Below are positions 37,769 through 51,600 of a DNA stretch of 64,000 bases, in pieces. Source of the stretch: Catajapyx aquilonaris (lineage: Eukaryota); contig KZ538055.1 of assembly GCA_000934665.2 (NCBI GenBank), positions 1 through 64,000 on the forward strand, in the 5' to 3' direction. The first letter of the stretch is position 1. Every line of letters starts with the position of its first letter. A program made the translations under genes and the position numbers. The notes below the pieces were generated by a model. It worked only from the letters and a program-made list of their open reading frames with translations. It was not told the origin of the DNA and did no database searches.

Positions 37769-40365
37769 CTCTGGAAATATATAGAGTCGGATATGCAGAT
37801 ATCATGAATTGGCCAAGATTTTGTCACTCTTTTTTAAAATGGGCATATGGAGCACCCTGTATTGCGGAAGTGATTTTTAATTCAGAGAGAGCCAACACTT
37901 TGTTGCTGGTGCTATCGAAATGAGGTCATCAGGTGATTTACAGGCTGTAAATGACCATTGCGAGTGACAGATATGAACACAACTTTTCCTTGATTGAAGG
38001 TGTCCAGACCTTGGGTGGAAATGGCCACATGGTATGGACATCATCATAAACGACAAAGCAAGCTGGCCACTCCATCAATCTGGCCGTTAAAACGGACGGT
38101 TGTTGCTTCTGGTGCCGGCCTTTTTTAAAAAAATCAACAGGTTCATACAATGACGCCCACATGGTGGTCAAACATGAACAGAGAAAAGCATGTAACTGTT
38201 CCTATATATTTAAAATAAGCGAAATTGCTAACCATTGGCTAGCAACACCTTGTGTTTGATCAGCCTGACTGATTGGTATGCTCGACTCGGATGCGATTCG
38301 GACACCTAAAGGAGTTAATTACGTCTCAAGGCTGACGTGTTATTCGAGTGGGGCGATTGTTCCTGTCGCAGCAGCATTGACAAGTGCATGGGGATGCAAG
38401 ATTGTCAACCGAGATGTCTTTGTTGATGGTTGGTGGTGGGGGCCAGCCAGCTATTATAGAGCCAATAATAAAATGAGCCTTTGTGGTCTGGTGCTTGCCT
38501 GAGCCTGGTCGAAGGTGAGCAGGAAACAACGTAACACTCGGGCCCTTCCTGGTTCATCAAATGAAAGGGGGTCGGACTCGGCTATCTTCACATCGAGAAG
38601 AGGTTATAAAATTAGCACCGAATGTATATAAGCCGAGAAAAATTATTCAGCAGGTAGAAAAGTCCATGGACTCGTAATGTGAACGGGGACGCACGTTGAA
38701 GCAGATGGATTTGCTCTGAAAAGTTGTGTTACTTTGTACACATTCGGCGGAGCACTTGCGTTTTCCATGTACCCTGTATTGTTAGCATTATCAATTTGGA
38801 AGACCTCATATAGGGTTTAACGACATTTGCATGAAATGAGCCAACCTCTCTGTCAATTAGGAAGCCACAATTGCTCATTGTTTTGTCGGTGAATGGCCAG
38901 CCGGGATCGGAATTTCCGGTCTTGAGCTCTTGCGGTGTCGGTTTTACCAATCAGGGATTTATAAGTTGGCCGTCTGCCAGCGCCATGACCTTCCCCAACC
39001 AAGGGACTCGGTCAGTGATGACCTTGACTCATTTTCCCACTAACCGCGGAATTTTTTTAAAATCCGCATTTTTATACGGCCGAATTGTCGTGTTTTTGAT
39101 TCGTAAATTCGGATAAGTACCAGGTGTCACATAGGGGCTCGTCCGGAACGAGATCAAAAAACCTTTCAGGGGCATCATGTACAAGAATGCGATTTGGAGC
39201 GTTCTCTTACATATTCAGTTGCTTTGAGACCTTGTCTGCTTGTCAAAATACAACCCGACCGGCCTCCACAGCTGGAGACATTCATGGTGACAACAGTATT
39301 AGTGAGCCATCCTTATATCACTCGGGCCAGTCCTTCCTGCACTTCTTTTGGGAGACACAAATCGTGTCGGATTTACAGGGCGTAAAATGTCAAGAGGTGT
39401 GACCCCGAGAGGCATCTGAGGTCACGTGCAGTCTCTTTATATTGAGAGAGGCTTAAGACCACGCGGCCTTGTCGGCTGTTGTTTTTTCTCTCCTTGTTCT
39501 TCTTCCTTGGAACCAGTTCTATATGGGGGCCCCCCATCAACATCCTAGAGGAAGGCCAAGGTCAGGTTTTTACTCCCACTGACCAATGACCATGAGACAA
39601 AACGGACACAAAAATTCACTTTCTTTGGGCACAAGCGTTGACCCGACGGCAGTTTACTTTCTTCATGGTAGTCTGATCGGAAAGGAGATAAAAATAAAAG
39701 GAGACTCGAATGCACGAATAACTACACGGCATTCTTGCAACGCATTATTGTTAAAAGAGGTATCGCATCTGGTGGTCACACGAACATACCATGGGCTGAT
39801 CAAATCTGTAGGGTCATACTGTCCCATGATTTTTGAAAACAATGTTCAGTTACATGAACAATAAAACTACAAAGTACAAGGTGTGTCCCAATTAAATTAT
39901 TGATGAAGGCATTAACTTATGCAAATACTGTTTGCCCCATAATTCATAACGTCTCGTTATCCTACGCGTGCCCTTGAGCAGTGTATGACATGAGAAATCA
40001 CCCATCATTATAATTTGCAGAGAATCCGTCGTAACTACACTGACATATGGCTCAGACATCGCTGCTAATTAAGACATGAACAAACCTGTCGTGTCACGGC
40101 TTACTGACGCACCAAGCTGTTTGTGACAATGATGCTCTCAAGTAGTTAAATCAGGATGTATCTCCGCGCGTCTATATTAAGACATATTTTTTTTTTACAT
40201 TGCCATTCGGAAATAGTCATGACACCAGAAAAGCAGTCCTTGCAATCGTGTGTTTTGCAGGTTGCAAGACTAGAAGGTGGGAAAAACAGGGGATTGTCAC
40301 GGAAAATACCGCGCCTAACGACAATATGTTTTTCGCGCGATTGAAAGGCTCGAGAATAGACTTAC

Positions 40366-40445
40366 CTGCGGAGGAGGAGGAGGCCGAACTGTGAAGTGAT
40401 GTCTGGCTGTGAGCTCAGGGGTTTCTTTCGACACCTTATTTATTC
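40366..40445 (-). promoter_or_regulatory. Candidate core promoter and non-coding first exon of the DM4/DM12-like gene
   Basis: Strong donor CAG|GTAAGT at 40366/40365, with TAAATAA at 40442-40436 about 30 nt before Inr-like sequence. A matching acceptor TTTCCAG ends 2 nt before the ATG (37771). Confidence 0.5.
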
Positions 40446-43400
40446 ATACATGGAATGCAGAAACTGAAGAGCGGCCAGACTTCCTCGTCCTCGGGCAGTG
40501 TCAGCAGCACCAGGTGTGCGAAAATTGCAACCAGCAGAAGACTCGTGTTTTCATTGCACCTCCGGAGCATGCTTGTCCTTCCAAGGTCACTCCCATTCAC
40601 CTTTTCCCTTTGCCGGGTTCAAGGAATCCGAAGAATCTGGATGATTGCAGGGAATTCGAAATTTGGCCACTGGCACACAGAGGAAGTGACCTTCGGGCAA
40701 GGGATGCTTGGTGGGCGGGTGGCCTTCTCCAGCTGATATGCAGTCCTTGTCCGAGCACATTGCAGTGTGTTGCACTTAGAGGTCATTGCGTTACATCTCA
40801 CAGATCAGTGTAAAACAAACCGCGCAGTTACTCACAGTCAAAATTGCTTGCAAAATATCATATATTTTACGTGGCGCAGCTGCAGGTGGCGTGGGATAGT
40901 AATATCGTTTGGAGGTCGTTGAGGCGAAATAAGTCCAAACTGTAAGCCACACTTGGCAAAAACAATTACAGATTATGAAATATCTCAGTGCAAACGAGCT
41001 GTCTCCATTGTTGAGGTTATGGACATCTGTTTGCCTGATGTGTGTGTGTGTGGCCATGTGAGCAAATGCAAACAAATTGCACAATGGAGTCCTATAGCCT
41101 TGGTGTGGGATTTGGGAAAACTACACGAATAGCTCAACCATACATGTAAACAAGCATTTCACCACTTTTCAGCACCAAAATGTCATTCCTCGATAAATTA
41201 TCGCGGGTTTTAAAAGTCACTCTCAAATTGCCGGGGAAAAAAGTCGAGCTCGTTGCTTTTCTCCGGATATTGGGAAATAATTCGAGTACATTTCTGCTCA
41301 TACAGTATATTACATTTCAACGGGTGTGTCAGTTGACGAAATACGTGGAAATGACCCCCTGGAACCCTTCAGATTGCTCCTGATTGGGAAATGAGCTAAT
41401 ACGTGCTAATAAGACACGAACTTCCTGCACCTTGGGCGGTGTATAGTTGTGTCGTAATAATCGGCAAAGTATTACCGCAGCCTCCGAGTGGGAAAGAGTA
41501 GTAATGAACCGTAACGTAAACACGAGTCGGTACCGTTGGAGTCATTATACTCCTCAGCATTGGTGCCCCCGGGGGGAAAAGCATCCTTCGCATGCACACG
41601 TTCTGTTGCTGTGTGTGTGTAGTCTATACTGCCACCAGTTATAACAGAAAAATGTTTTTGACATAACAAAACGCGAGTGTTGTGTAAGCCGGAAGAGACC
41701 AACTTCTCTCCAGAGAGAGTGTGTGGGTGGGTGGGTTGGTGGTGGTGGTGACCTGGCGCAATCCCAGTGGCTCATCGGACAGGTACGCGGAAGAAAATGT
41801 TGCGAGCGAAGAATAAGACCCGCCAGCACTTACTGGCTCCGGGCCTTCCTGCATTTTCATTCCCTCAACACTAGCAGGCTGCTGCTTGGTGCTACCTGCT
41901 GCAACACGTGAATGCAGCATGTACAACAGAGTGACACTTTGTTAGCACCTTGTACTTATACTCAGTGGCAGTAATACGCACTTAAATCCGCACTCACATA
42001 CGACCAGGAACTTATTGTATACAATACACACTGCAAATTTACCTTTACGAATTGTTACCTTGCAACCAGCTTTTATTGTCGAGGTGAGTTACCTTTATTT
42101 AATGGTAGAAATATTGCCCAAGTCCTGTATAAAGTAGCAGGCGAAAAGGTCAATCCTGCCCGGATATGAAACCCATTCTGGATGCCTAAAACCAGTTCCC
42201 GATATTCCCGAGTGACCTATACAGATTATTGTCCGACATTTATCTTCCTCTTTACATCCTTACTTTGAGGGGAAAGTCTCGAGTTTTTATAGTAGGAAGA
42301 TACATGACAGCTGGTCCTTGGTGTGAGGCTGATATCCTATAAACTATAAAGGTTAGAAGGCAAGGATCGGGAGGTCACCTCCAAAGAAGCTGCTGCTGGC
42401 CATGTGCTCGATGTTCCATAATGTTTCAGAGAAAACTCCGAATAGGCTTAAGTACCAGAGGGGCACTTTATGTACAGATGTCATCCGTAGCCATTTACTT
42501 AAATAATTTAAAAAAATAACGATGATAATGACATCTGTAGATAAATTGAGCTCATTCTTGTCGGAAACGTCCTGGACAGATTGTTTTGTTCGTTGGTTGG
42601 GCGCGGTGGTATTAAAAGGACTCTCAATTTCGGCAGGTCCTCCTGTAAATAAAAGAAGTGGTCAAAAAGCCTTTGGGAATAGCCCCCCCACTTTCTGAGG
42701 AGCCGTTACAAGGTTGGATATATTGCTGCATCGGATCTATTTCGAGGGCCCAAGGCGACGTCCACCAAGCCAGAAAATGGCCTGGCTTGGCTGCAATCAC
42801 TTTCGCCCTTGGGATCCGGAAAACCAAACTGCAAAGAGAGCGACAACAGGTTGTCTCGAAAAAATTTAAGCTCTCTGTGTATATTATACGAGGGGTGGAT
42901 TGTATTGGGTCGGCAGTAAAAGTGGAAAACGGTAGCAAAAGGACAATCGGGGCGCATCAAAGGAGAGCCCAAAGCCAGCAGGTGAAGGTTCTTTACCAGG
43001 GAGGGGGATTTACGACTTCCCTTCGTCACTTTCGGTAGGACCTAAGACGAGGTGGTCAGCCTAGGTTAGTGGGCTCAGGGGGGAATAATATAAGCTCTCT
43101 TCTCTCGATAGTTTATTTCGTTTCCGCAGGGGAGAGAGTGCTGGACACGGTGGGGGAGAGAAAAAGAAGACGAGAGGGAACCCTAAAAAGAAAGGGAAAA
43201 CAGGGTTTTTGACCAAAACTGAAACGTTGTATGGCCGCCTTTTTTGGGATCAGGTAGAACCCTTCAAAAATGCGGGGTAAAAGTAAAAACACCTTGATAG
43301 CCCCCCCGAAAGGGAGTCTCAACTGAATGGCTTTATTTATTTTGGTTGGTCCTCCAAAAGGCCCAAGAGTGAGTCATCCTGGAATGTTTTTTGGAGGCAT

Positions 43401-44154
43401 TTATTGATGGAAATTGAAGCATGAATCCGAGTGAACCTATTCTTCTCAGACAGGTCACTTCTCGAATATATATTTAATAGGTAGCTTTACTTCATCGTGT
43501 AATAAGCTGTAGTCGTAATAACAATATTTCTAGAAAGTGAGTAGGAGTGTGGACTGATGCGTTAATAAAAGTGGCACAGTCTTGGCAGTTAATTCAACAA
43601 GTGGTGCTGATGTCACAATGGCCAGCAATGACTGCTACAATGTCACCAATGGGACGAAAAGGCCTGTGACGTCAATACTAATCTCGGACATGTCGTACAA
43701 TAGCTGGTACCGGATTTATCCGGGGAAAATGCGTCACTTTTTTGACTACAAGTCGATCCCAATAATTTATTACGATGAGTGGATCCTGCAAAGCCTGCAG
43801 CCTGAGCGTCATAATGAAATAATGAAGGCCAAGCCTTAAAGGTAAGAAATGTCACAAATCAGCCGTTGTCATAATATCACACGTCAGAATGCAAACAGGT
43901 AGCCGCGTCCAGGGTTAATAAACGTAAACGCGTTTCTTGAACTGCTGGCAGATGGCAGGAGACTCTGGTTCCTTCCCAGCTGCCATCTGGTTTCCGTGGC
44001 CAGGACTGCAGCGAAAACCTCTCCCCTGAATGGTCCGTGACCCAACATGAAGGCAGCAGGCATGGCTTTCAGGATACTTTTCCTTCATCGCTCGTATCCT
44101 GGTCCACACACAACCCTTCTCACCACTCTAGTGAGTAGTGATGCGATGGTCACG

Positions 44155-44202
<48 letters not shown>
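44155..44202. repeat. (GTG)3(GTA)13 microsatellite
   Basis: Directly visible; it produces the spurious poly-Val ORF 44047-44406. Confidence 0.95.
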
Positions 44203-46680
44203 ATGTGGCCCATAAGGTTGCCTATTATGCCCTTTTGCGACTTTTCATGCCTATTTGGCCATTTTTGGGATAGCTTTTTGAACGGTTCGAAGCAATTTCG
44301 GGACTTTTTGGGCCTATTCCGGACCTATATAGTTCCTTCAGAGCCATGTTTTTTTTTGCGGAGTATTTTTTGTGCTCCGGACAGGACCAAAATAGTTCAG
44401 ATTTAATACGAATAATGTTGCCGTGACGCATAGGAAGCCGAAAAGCGGTTCCAACCAGAGCAAATGATACTTGCTTGCACTTTGTATTTTGCCCAAGATT
44501 TGTGATTTTCTGAATTTATATTGTTGTTATTCGGGTTTTCTCTGGTTTGTGACCTTGCATTTATACTTTAGGCATATAAAATTTGTGCCTCTTTTTAATT
44601 TTCTGCAACATTATCCTCCATACGCCCACAAAGTAAAGCTTTTGTGCCTATTTTAGTTTTTGTTTGTGTATATTTAAGTGCCTGTTTCAGGGTTTTTTCG
44701 TGCCTAAAAATCCGGACTCTATATAGTTATAACATATTTCCCACACCTTCACAATATGGGAATTTTTCCACCTTCATAATCTTACACACTTGCAAGTACA
44801 ATACATGTATAATACACTGCATGTGATGCCATAAGAGAGCTGTGCCACTGTAGAATTGTTATTATTGCAACGTATGAGTTATTATCATTGAATTGAATTA
44901 CAATATTACCGATTGTCGAGGGTCATGTATTAAAATCTAGAAAATATTTACCGGTATATAAAATAGAATTACATTTTGTACATGAGCAAATTGATGCCAG
45001 CGGAAAATGTGACTATTTCTGATGCTGCATCATCTTTATCTCCGCAATTTGGAAAATAATATTATGAACGATTATAAACTAATTTAATGCTTGCAAGTTA
45101 GTGCTAAAATTATGACAAAGAATTGTGAAGATTTGGAAAGCACTGTAAGTCTGTAACAGTTGTATAATGAAAAGGAATGTTTAAAGTTAAACACAATCGA
45201 ATTTTTAAAAATCCATTGTTACGATAATGACAGAAAAATTATTTCCATGTGCAAAAGGATGTTTTCAGGATCAATTCCGCGACAAACATACAGTCACACA
45301 ATGCAAGAAATAAATCATGCCTGGAAAGTCGTCACAACTTTCCAAGCTCTTATTCAACTGGACCCTTTAGCAAAATATATTGAGATCTGTTTGTAGGTGT
45401 TTCAGTTAATGTAATTGTATTGCAGATTAAGGCATAAAGCATTTACTTAAATTAACGTTAATATGCTGCTTTATGCATTGTTTTAAAGCATCTTGTTTAG
45501 CATAATTTGCAGGCAAAACATTGTTGAATAGACAAATCCTGATAGTAATTAACGTGGCAAAAACCAGGCCATGAAAAATGCGATGCTAATCTTCTGAGAA
45601 CTAATGTTCTGTACGTCCATGTAGCTAATATTAATGGCTAAATAATAGAGCGATAATGTATCCAGAGAGTCGAAACCTGTGTCAAAACGTGACACCTTCT
45701 CACAAGAGGTCCTGCGAAGGTGAAAAGAGACTGAGGCTGACACAGCATGTGTAGGTGGCCGACAGCCAATAAAAGAGTGACCTCATTTCACCGCGTGAAT
45801 GCTTCTTCGGCACAGCATCCAATGCCTTGTGGTGATGGCCATTAATCCCACCATTTAGTGGACATAAGCGACCATAAAGTCCGCACTTTTCAAGCGAAAA
45901 ACCACGTAAATGCAATATTGTCCCAAGTGGTTGGGTTGATGTCCATTCGGCTGAATCGCCTTTGATTGGTGGGTTAGGCATGCTGTGTTTTTTTACGATG
46001 CCGACAGCATAATTTTTCCCCTATTTAAAAAAAAAACCTGTTGTGTCCTGCATTCGGAGCCTACTGGACTTGAAAGGCATTTTCTTGCTTGTCCTACTTT
46101 CTGGCCGTGGCCGTTCCTGGTGACGTAGGAGTCACCTTGACTTCTCTGGGTTAGCGGGAAAAGTCCTTCTCAGAAAATCCTCCTTGCAGTTGAGGAAAGA
46201 CTCAATGGACGAGCGGATCAACGTACGACCAACACCGGGACAGCACAATAATAACACACAGCATGCGATGACACTTCCTAATATATACCGTATGCTCTGG
46301 CCTTTTTTTTCACTTTTTTTCCGTTGGTATAACAGCGACATTAAAAGAGACTTCATTTCAGAAGAGTTTTAATAAATTACATAGGATATACAGAACGAGT
46401 GAGGAGGAGGGGAAAAAAAGTACAAAGCAGGATCCATAAATACACAGGAAAATTAAACGAGCCATTTTTTAAAAATAAATAGAAATGCCATAGACATTAG
46501 TGGTTTTGATTTTTAAACTTGAGATGTGACTTACACCTAGTTAAAGCTTTCGTTTGTAAGGTTTTTTTGGTCCCATACTGACCGTATACTACATGATTCC
46601 CTATCACGCCATTAAAAAAAAAAAACAAGTGCATTTGTCGAAAAAGTGCATATTAATTAACAATTTTCGATCTATAGGAA

Positions 46681-46776
46681 CTTGGGCACTGACGTCAACA
46701 GGAGCCTTTAATTGTTAATTTAACTGCTGACATTGTCGAAAGTAATATTGTTTAATTTTTGACGTCACTATCCAAG
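46681..46776. repeat. Degenerate inverted repeat (MITE-like relic)
   Basis: CTTGGGCACTGACGTCAA versus TTGACGTCACTATCCAAG, complementary at 15 of 18 positions, with an AT-rich spacer. Confidence 0.45.
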
Positions 46777-48677
46777 TGCCGATTTTTGCTATTGTGTCAG
46801 CATTTGTGAGACTCAAAATAGAATGGTCTAATGGCCATATTCTTTGAGCTCAATAAATACTGGCTGAATCCACCATTCATTCAATTTATCAGCAGAAGAC
46901 TAGCATTCTCTCAAATAATATACCCCCTAACACAGTTTACAGCTTGTCTATAAACACATGTCTACAGAAAAAAAGTCATGTCATAATAACTTTCATGACT
47001 GAACATCACAATCATGCACTTCCTCACACAATCGCCCAACATATTTTCACATGTCGCTTTGAGCAAATAACTTTTGAGCCCTCGTCCAGTGATCGGTTTC
47101 CTTCTACACCAAGCAAGAGCAGAATATTTAATACACGCATGTACCACATGTACATCACTACACACGACAGCAACACACACAAAAAAAATCATGACTGACC
47201 AGTCACCATGATCCGATTCTGGAGGCGGTTACCGCCAGTTAGAATTGGTTGCTTTTTACCCTGAAAAACCCCTCGGAGAGTCGCGTAGAAGGAAGTGCTT
47301 ACAACACACATGCAACCGTGCAGGTTAATTGTCCTCATTCCTTTAACGAGTCTTGCCTGCTGGTAGGAACATGAGTATCACCTGAGTCATTCCGGAATTC
47401 CCCCCCCCCCCCNCCCCCCCCCCCCTTTCTGTTGATTTTTAACTTGTGGATAAAAGATGTGAGTGTATAATGAGAATGAATTTATGGGGAGGGAAAAACA
47501 AAGTGTGTAATTGCACTTGTGATTTCTTCTTCTTCTTCTTCGGTGATATGAAAATGTGGATGTTTTGTGCGAGTGATGGTGATGGGGAGAAATAAAAGTG
47601 CAATAATATCACTGTGGAGTTTTTTTTAAAAAAAATATTGCCCATGGTGTCAACTTCATGTAAATGTCATAACCTGCTTTCCAAGCACCTACATTAATGC
47701 CCGGTGTATCCATGAACTTTTTGCTAGGCCGTCTTGAACTCATTGAAATCCACTACCACTGACGCACTGTCAAAAAATAATCACTATGATAAATTAGCTA
47801 ATTTCTATTATATGCGAATCCGGATAAAAATGGAGTGCTTACTTCCCAAATTATTTTGAGAGTTTTTAACTATTCATGCACTTGGCCTGGTATATTTTCA
47901 GCAAAAACGTAGCCGTTCAGTTTGATTAAAGCAGCGTTAAAATTGTAATTTGACATGTTCCATTTTCTATTCAATTACCTGAGAAATATTTCCGTAGAAT
48001 AGTGCCAAGATTTACGTTACTGTATATGGAAGTATGGTTAACTGAAATATGTTTTACTGCACATAAGTGATATTTATGAGCGAAATTAGTGAAAACCACT
48101 CAAATTAATTGGAAAAATTGTGCAGTTACTATATAAGTTTAAATGTGCTACAAGGTGGTCAGACAGAGATGCTACGACTGAAACTACATGTGCGTATCAG
48201 CTACAGTACAACTGCTACAATAATGCGTGCCCAGTTCGAACCCCCTGTGCAGTAAATCAGTGAATGTGCCATAATCCTATATGGTAATTAATCAGTGTTG
48301 AAGACATTCTTAGCCAGGGTTTCTCTACCATTTGATGAACTACCCATCGGTCAGTAAAATGTTGGAGAAACCAGTCATTACTGGACAGCTAACACTGACA
48401 CATCTGCTTCAAATGAACGATTATGATGATCAGCAGGGGTGCCACTGGAACCTGTCACGTAAGAGGGTCTTCAACTATATTCGTGGCGTGGATGACAGTG
48501 ATGTAGGCCCTGTCCCGGCCTCAGCACTACTAATGCATTTAAGGTGCTTGTAAGAAGGCCCCTGTGTGTTGCGGTCTCCCCATAAAACCGTTACTGTCTG
48601 ATTTAGAACTACTGTACGTAAATCGAAGGGCTGTGACTTTTAAAAAAGCTGCTCACAATACAGGCAGCGTGACTCAT

Positions 48678-51600
48678 TCATTGATCATGGATGGTGGTGG
48701 ACTCGACGACCACCGGTGGCGTCTTCTGGGTGCCATTGTTGCTTCTGTGTGCGAATGTGCCGGAGGATGCTGGAAGGACCACGGACGATGGACCATTGTC
48801 GCGTCCGTTCCGTCGTCCGTCGCGTCCGTTTCCGATCAGCTCGCTCAGCTGGTTGTAGGTGTTGACCATCGGAAGGTTGGTCAGCTGCTCCGTGTCGGTC
48901 GGACACGCAGGGTACAATGAGAGGCATTCCTTGCCTCCCTGGCCGTCCTTGGCTGCCTTCATGTACTTGAAATACCGGAGAACCTGAGGACTGTTGCTCA
49001 CCGGACGCTTCAGCTCGTTCGGGTGCCTGGTCAGATAAAATGGACTGGATTTAGTCACTCGGCAATAATTAATCAGGAGGCGGAGAAATTATTACCTGGA
49101 CACCTGTGTACCAAATCATTGTTACAGTGATAATAATAGCACTGTCCAAATGAGTCCATATTTCAAGTGGAGTTGTAACCCTCGGCCTTCCTCAATGTTG
49201 CGTCATTGTATAACTGAATTATATAACAATGGGGGGCTGCAACTTTTGTATTAAAAAGCATTAAAGAGGGATGTGGAGGGTGAACTGGACCTTGCATGTG
49301 AACCATATTTCGCGATGCATGAAATTAGGTCTGCATGACACCACGGTACATGACTGTACCACTTTGCTTCACATGTTTGATGCGCAAGAAATAAGACAAG
49401 AAAATTAAAGAAGAGACAATGTCGGTGCGGGGACCCGCGTTTTTCTATGTGAATCCCCCCCCAATAAGAAGTAAGGGACATTTCGGAATCTGCTTACGTG
49501 AGGGTCTCATTCGAGTGCTTTAGTCACGGGTCATTCTTGTAGGTCACTTTTGTGGCCAAGTAATTTTCGCATTTATTATTTTTTGGCAAATTTTTTGGAT
49601 GGGCAACTCGTGGTCTGTAAAGAGTCTCGTCTGTCTTGGTGAGGTAATACGCAACACTAGTCATCCTGGCATTGAAGCATTAGTCCCTGTCTGGGGTGAA
49701 TTAACTCTTAATTACAGAGGACGCTTCTCTCAACACTGCTCTTCACGCTATCTGCTGCTGTTCAACCTCTGAGCAATATTTTCAACTGTGAAGTACGTGG
49801 CAGATAAATCTGAAACAAACGGTTCCGAAAACTCTGCGAAACACTCCTGAGAGAAGTGAATCTCATGTTAGAAATTGAATAGCCTGCCAATGTGCAATGA
49901 GAAGTAAGCAGTTTAGTGCTACATATGGTCATATTTGCATTAATTATTTCATGTGGTAGTGTAAATCAAATATTGCTTTGCTCCGGTAAATTCCGGTTTG
50001 CAGCTTATTGAATAGCCATGCGCTACACATTGTTGCGAATTTTAAAAAGGCAGCCGACTTACCAGGAGGTATAGGGTGAGAATTGAGATTGCAAACAACT
50101 TTTGTACCAAACACTGCGGTACTTTGCTGTACAGAAGGCTGTTACTTTTGGCCTGGAGTGTTACATTAGCATAGCCCGTTTTGTACCGCAAACACTGAAA
50201 GAATTATATGCCAGCTCATGCACTGGATTATTGCAATGGAATGTATATACCTGCTAAGTTGTGCACTGAGGAGATTGCTGTACGGGGCGTACTTGACTGG
50301 GAACTTGTAGATGCTGCATACCGCCCTCTCCCTGCATCCTTCCTCTTTGAATCCAAGGTGTGAGAAGATGGAGTCTATCCTGGACAAAAGGGGGCTGTAG
50401 AATGGGTCGAAGGAGTCAATGTGCAGCATCGACGGAGGGATCAGCTTGAATCCTTCCTCCTGCTGAGGCTGCTGGTGCTGGGGCTTGGCGTTGGCGGTCA
50501 GCAGCGGGAGGGTCAGGCTGGTGGGACCCTGGACGCCTCCGACGACGCCCCCAGGGCCCCCGCCTCTGACCTTCTCCATGAACTTGGCCAGGTTGGCCAG
50601 GTCATCCGGGCTGCGCGGAGGGTGATTCCTGACGTTTGGATTAGCAATGCCGAAGAACCCGGAGTCAATGGCCTGCTCGTTGATGTTCGTCCCGGACGTC
50701 TCGTGGTAGTCCGGATAAGGATGGGCGTAGTTTGGGATCTGAGGGCGTCTGTTCTTGGCGGCCTGCTGCTGGGCTGCGGCTGCGGCTGCGGCCACTGCGG
50801 CCAGGTTGTTGTGGAATGGGGAGTGGGCCTGCGGGTTGTGGTGAGTGGCCGCCGCAGAGAGGGGCCACCCTGCGTGGTCGTCGTATGCGTCCAGTCCTGC
50901 CCCGAGGCCGCCCCCGTGCAGAAGGTCCCCGTACCCTGCCAATGGGTCCTCGTAGTCTCCCACCCCTGGAGACATCAGGTCAAACAGGCTCTTCAGGGGT
51001 CCTCCGCCTCCAGAACCTCCGAACCAGTTGCCGAACATCATGGACTTGAGGCCGAACAGGATAGGGGTCATCATGCCCTTCATGGCCAGGAATACCAGGC
51101 CTATCGAAATACCCGCCACGAAGCTAGGTCCGGATGATAAGGCCAATTCTGAGGAAATAATTATTTTCATTAAACTTCACAAAATAACTTTTGGATGTCA
51201 CCTCAGGAAGGTGAGGTATTCACGTTCAACAATTTAAGGACTGGCGACAAAAATATTGTAAATGAAGTGCCATCAGTGCCCTTAATTCCTGAGAGTGTTG
51301 CAAGTCGTTACAGTCCAGCATCATGTAATGACTGCTGCATGACACGATTCACTGAGAACAATGCCGACTGCAATCACGTTTTGTCCGAGGGCAGTTTGGA
51401 TTCACTTAATAATTAATTACGTGGTGCTAATTACTCGACTCGACAATGTCACCTTTTGAGACCTCTGGAAACAGGTTTGGTTGCCTTTTAATAAGAAAAG
51501 ACAGGATAATAGTTTTTTGATGCCTCCAAGAAAATAATTCAACCTGACCTCTGGTTTGCAGCGAAACCAATTAAAAATCAAGTTGTATTACGGGATGCAC

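Noticed and set aside
39630..39660. SVDPTAVY resembling the Tal motif
   Set aside because: It lacks the L and G of LDPTGxY, is not followed by a stop, and lies antisense within the probable first intron of another gene.
44211..44720. Possible DNA transposon remnant with repeated GTGCCT motifs
   Set aside because: The termini do not pair convincingly and there is no transposase sequence or second copy.
50421..51137. 238-aa plus-strand ORF
   Set aside because: It is antisense to the GC-rich second exon of the Osiris-like gene and has no independent features.
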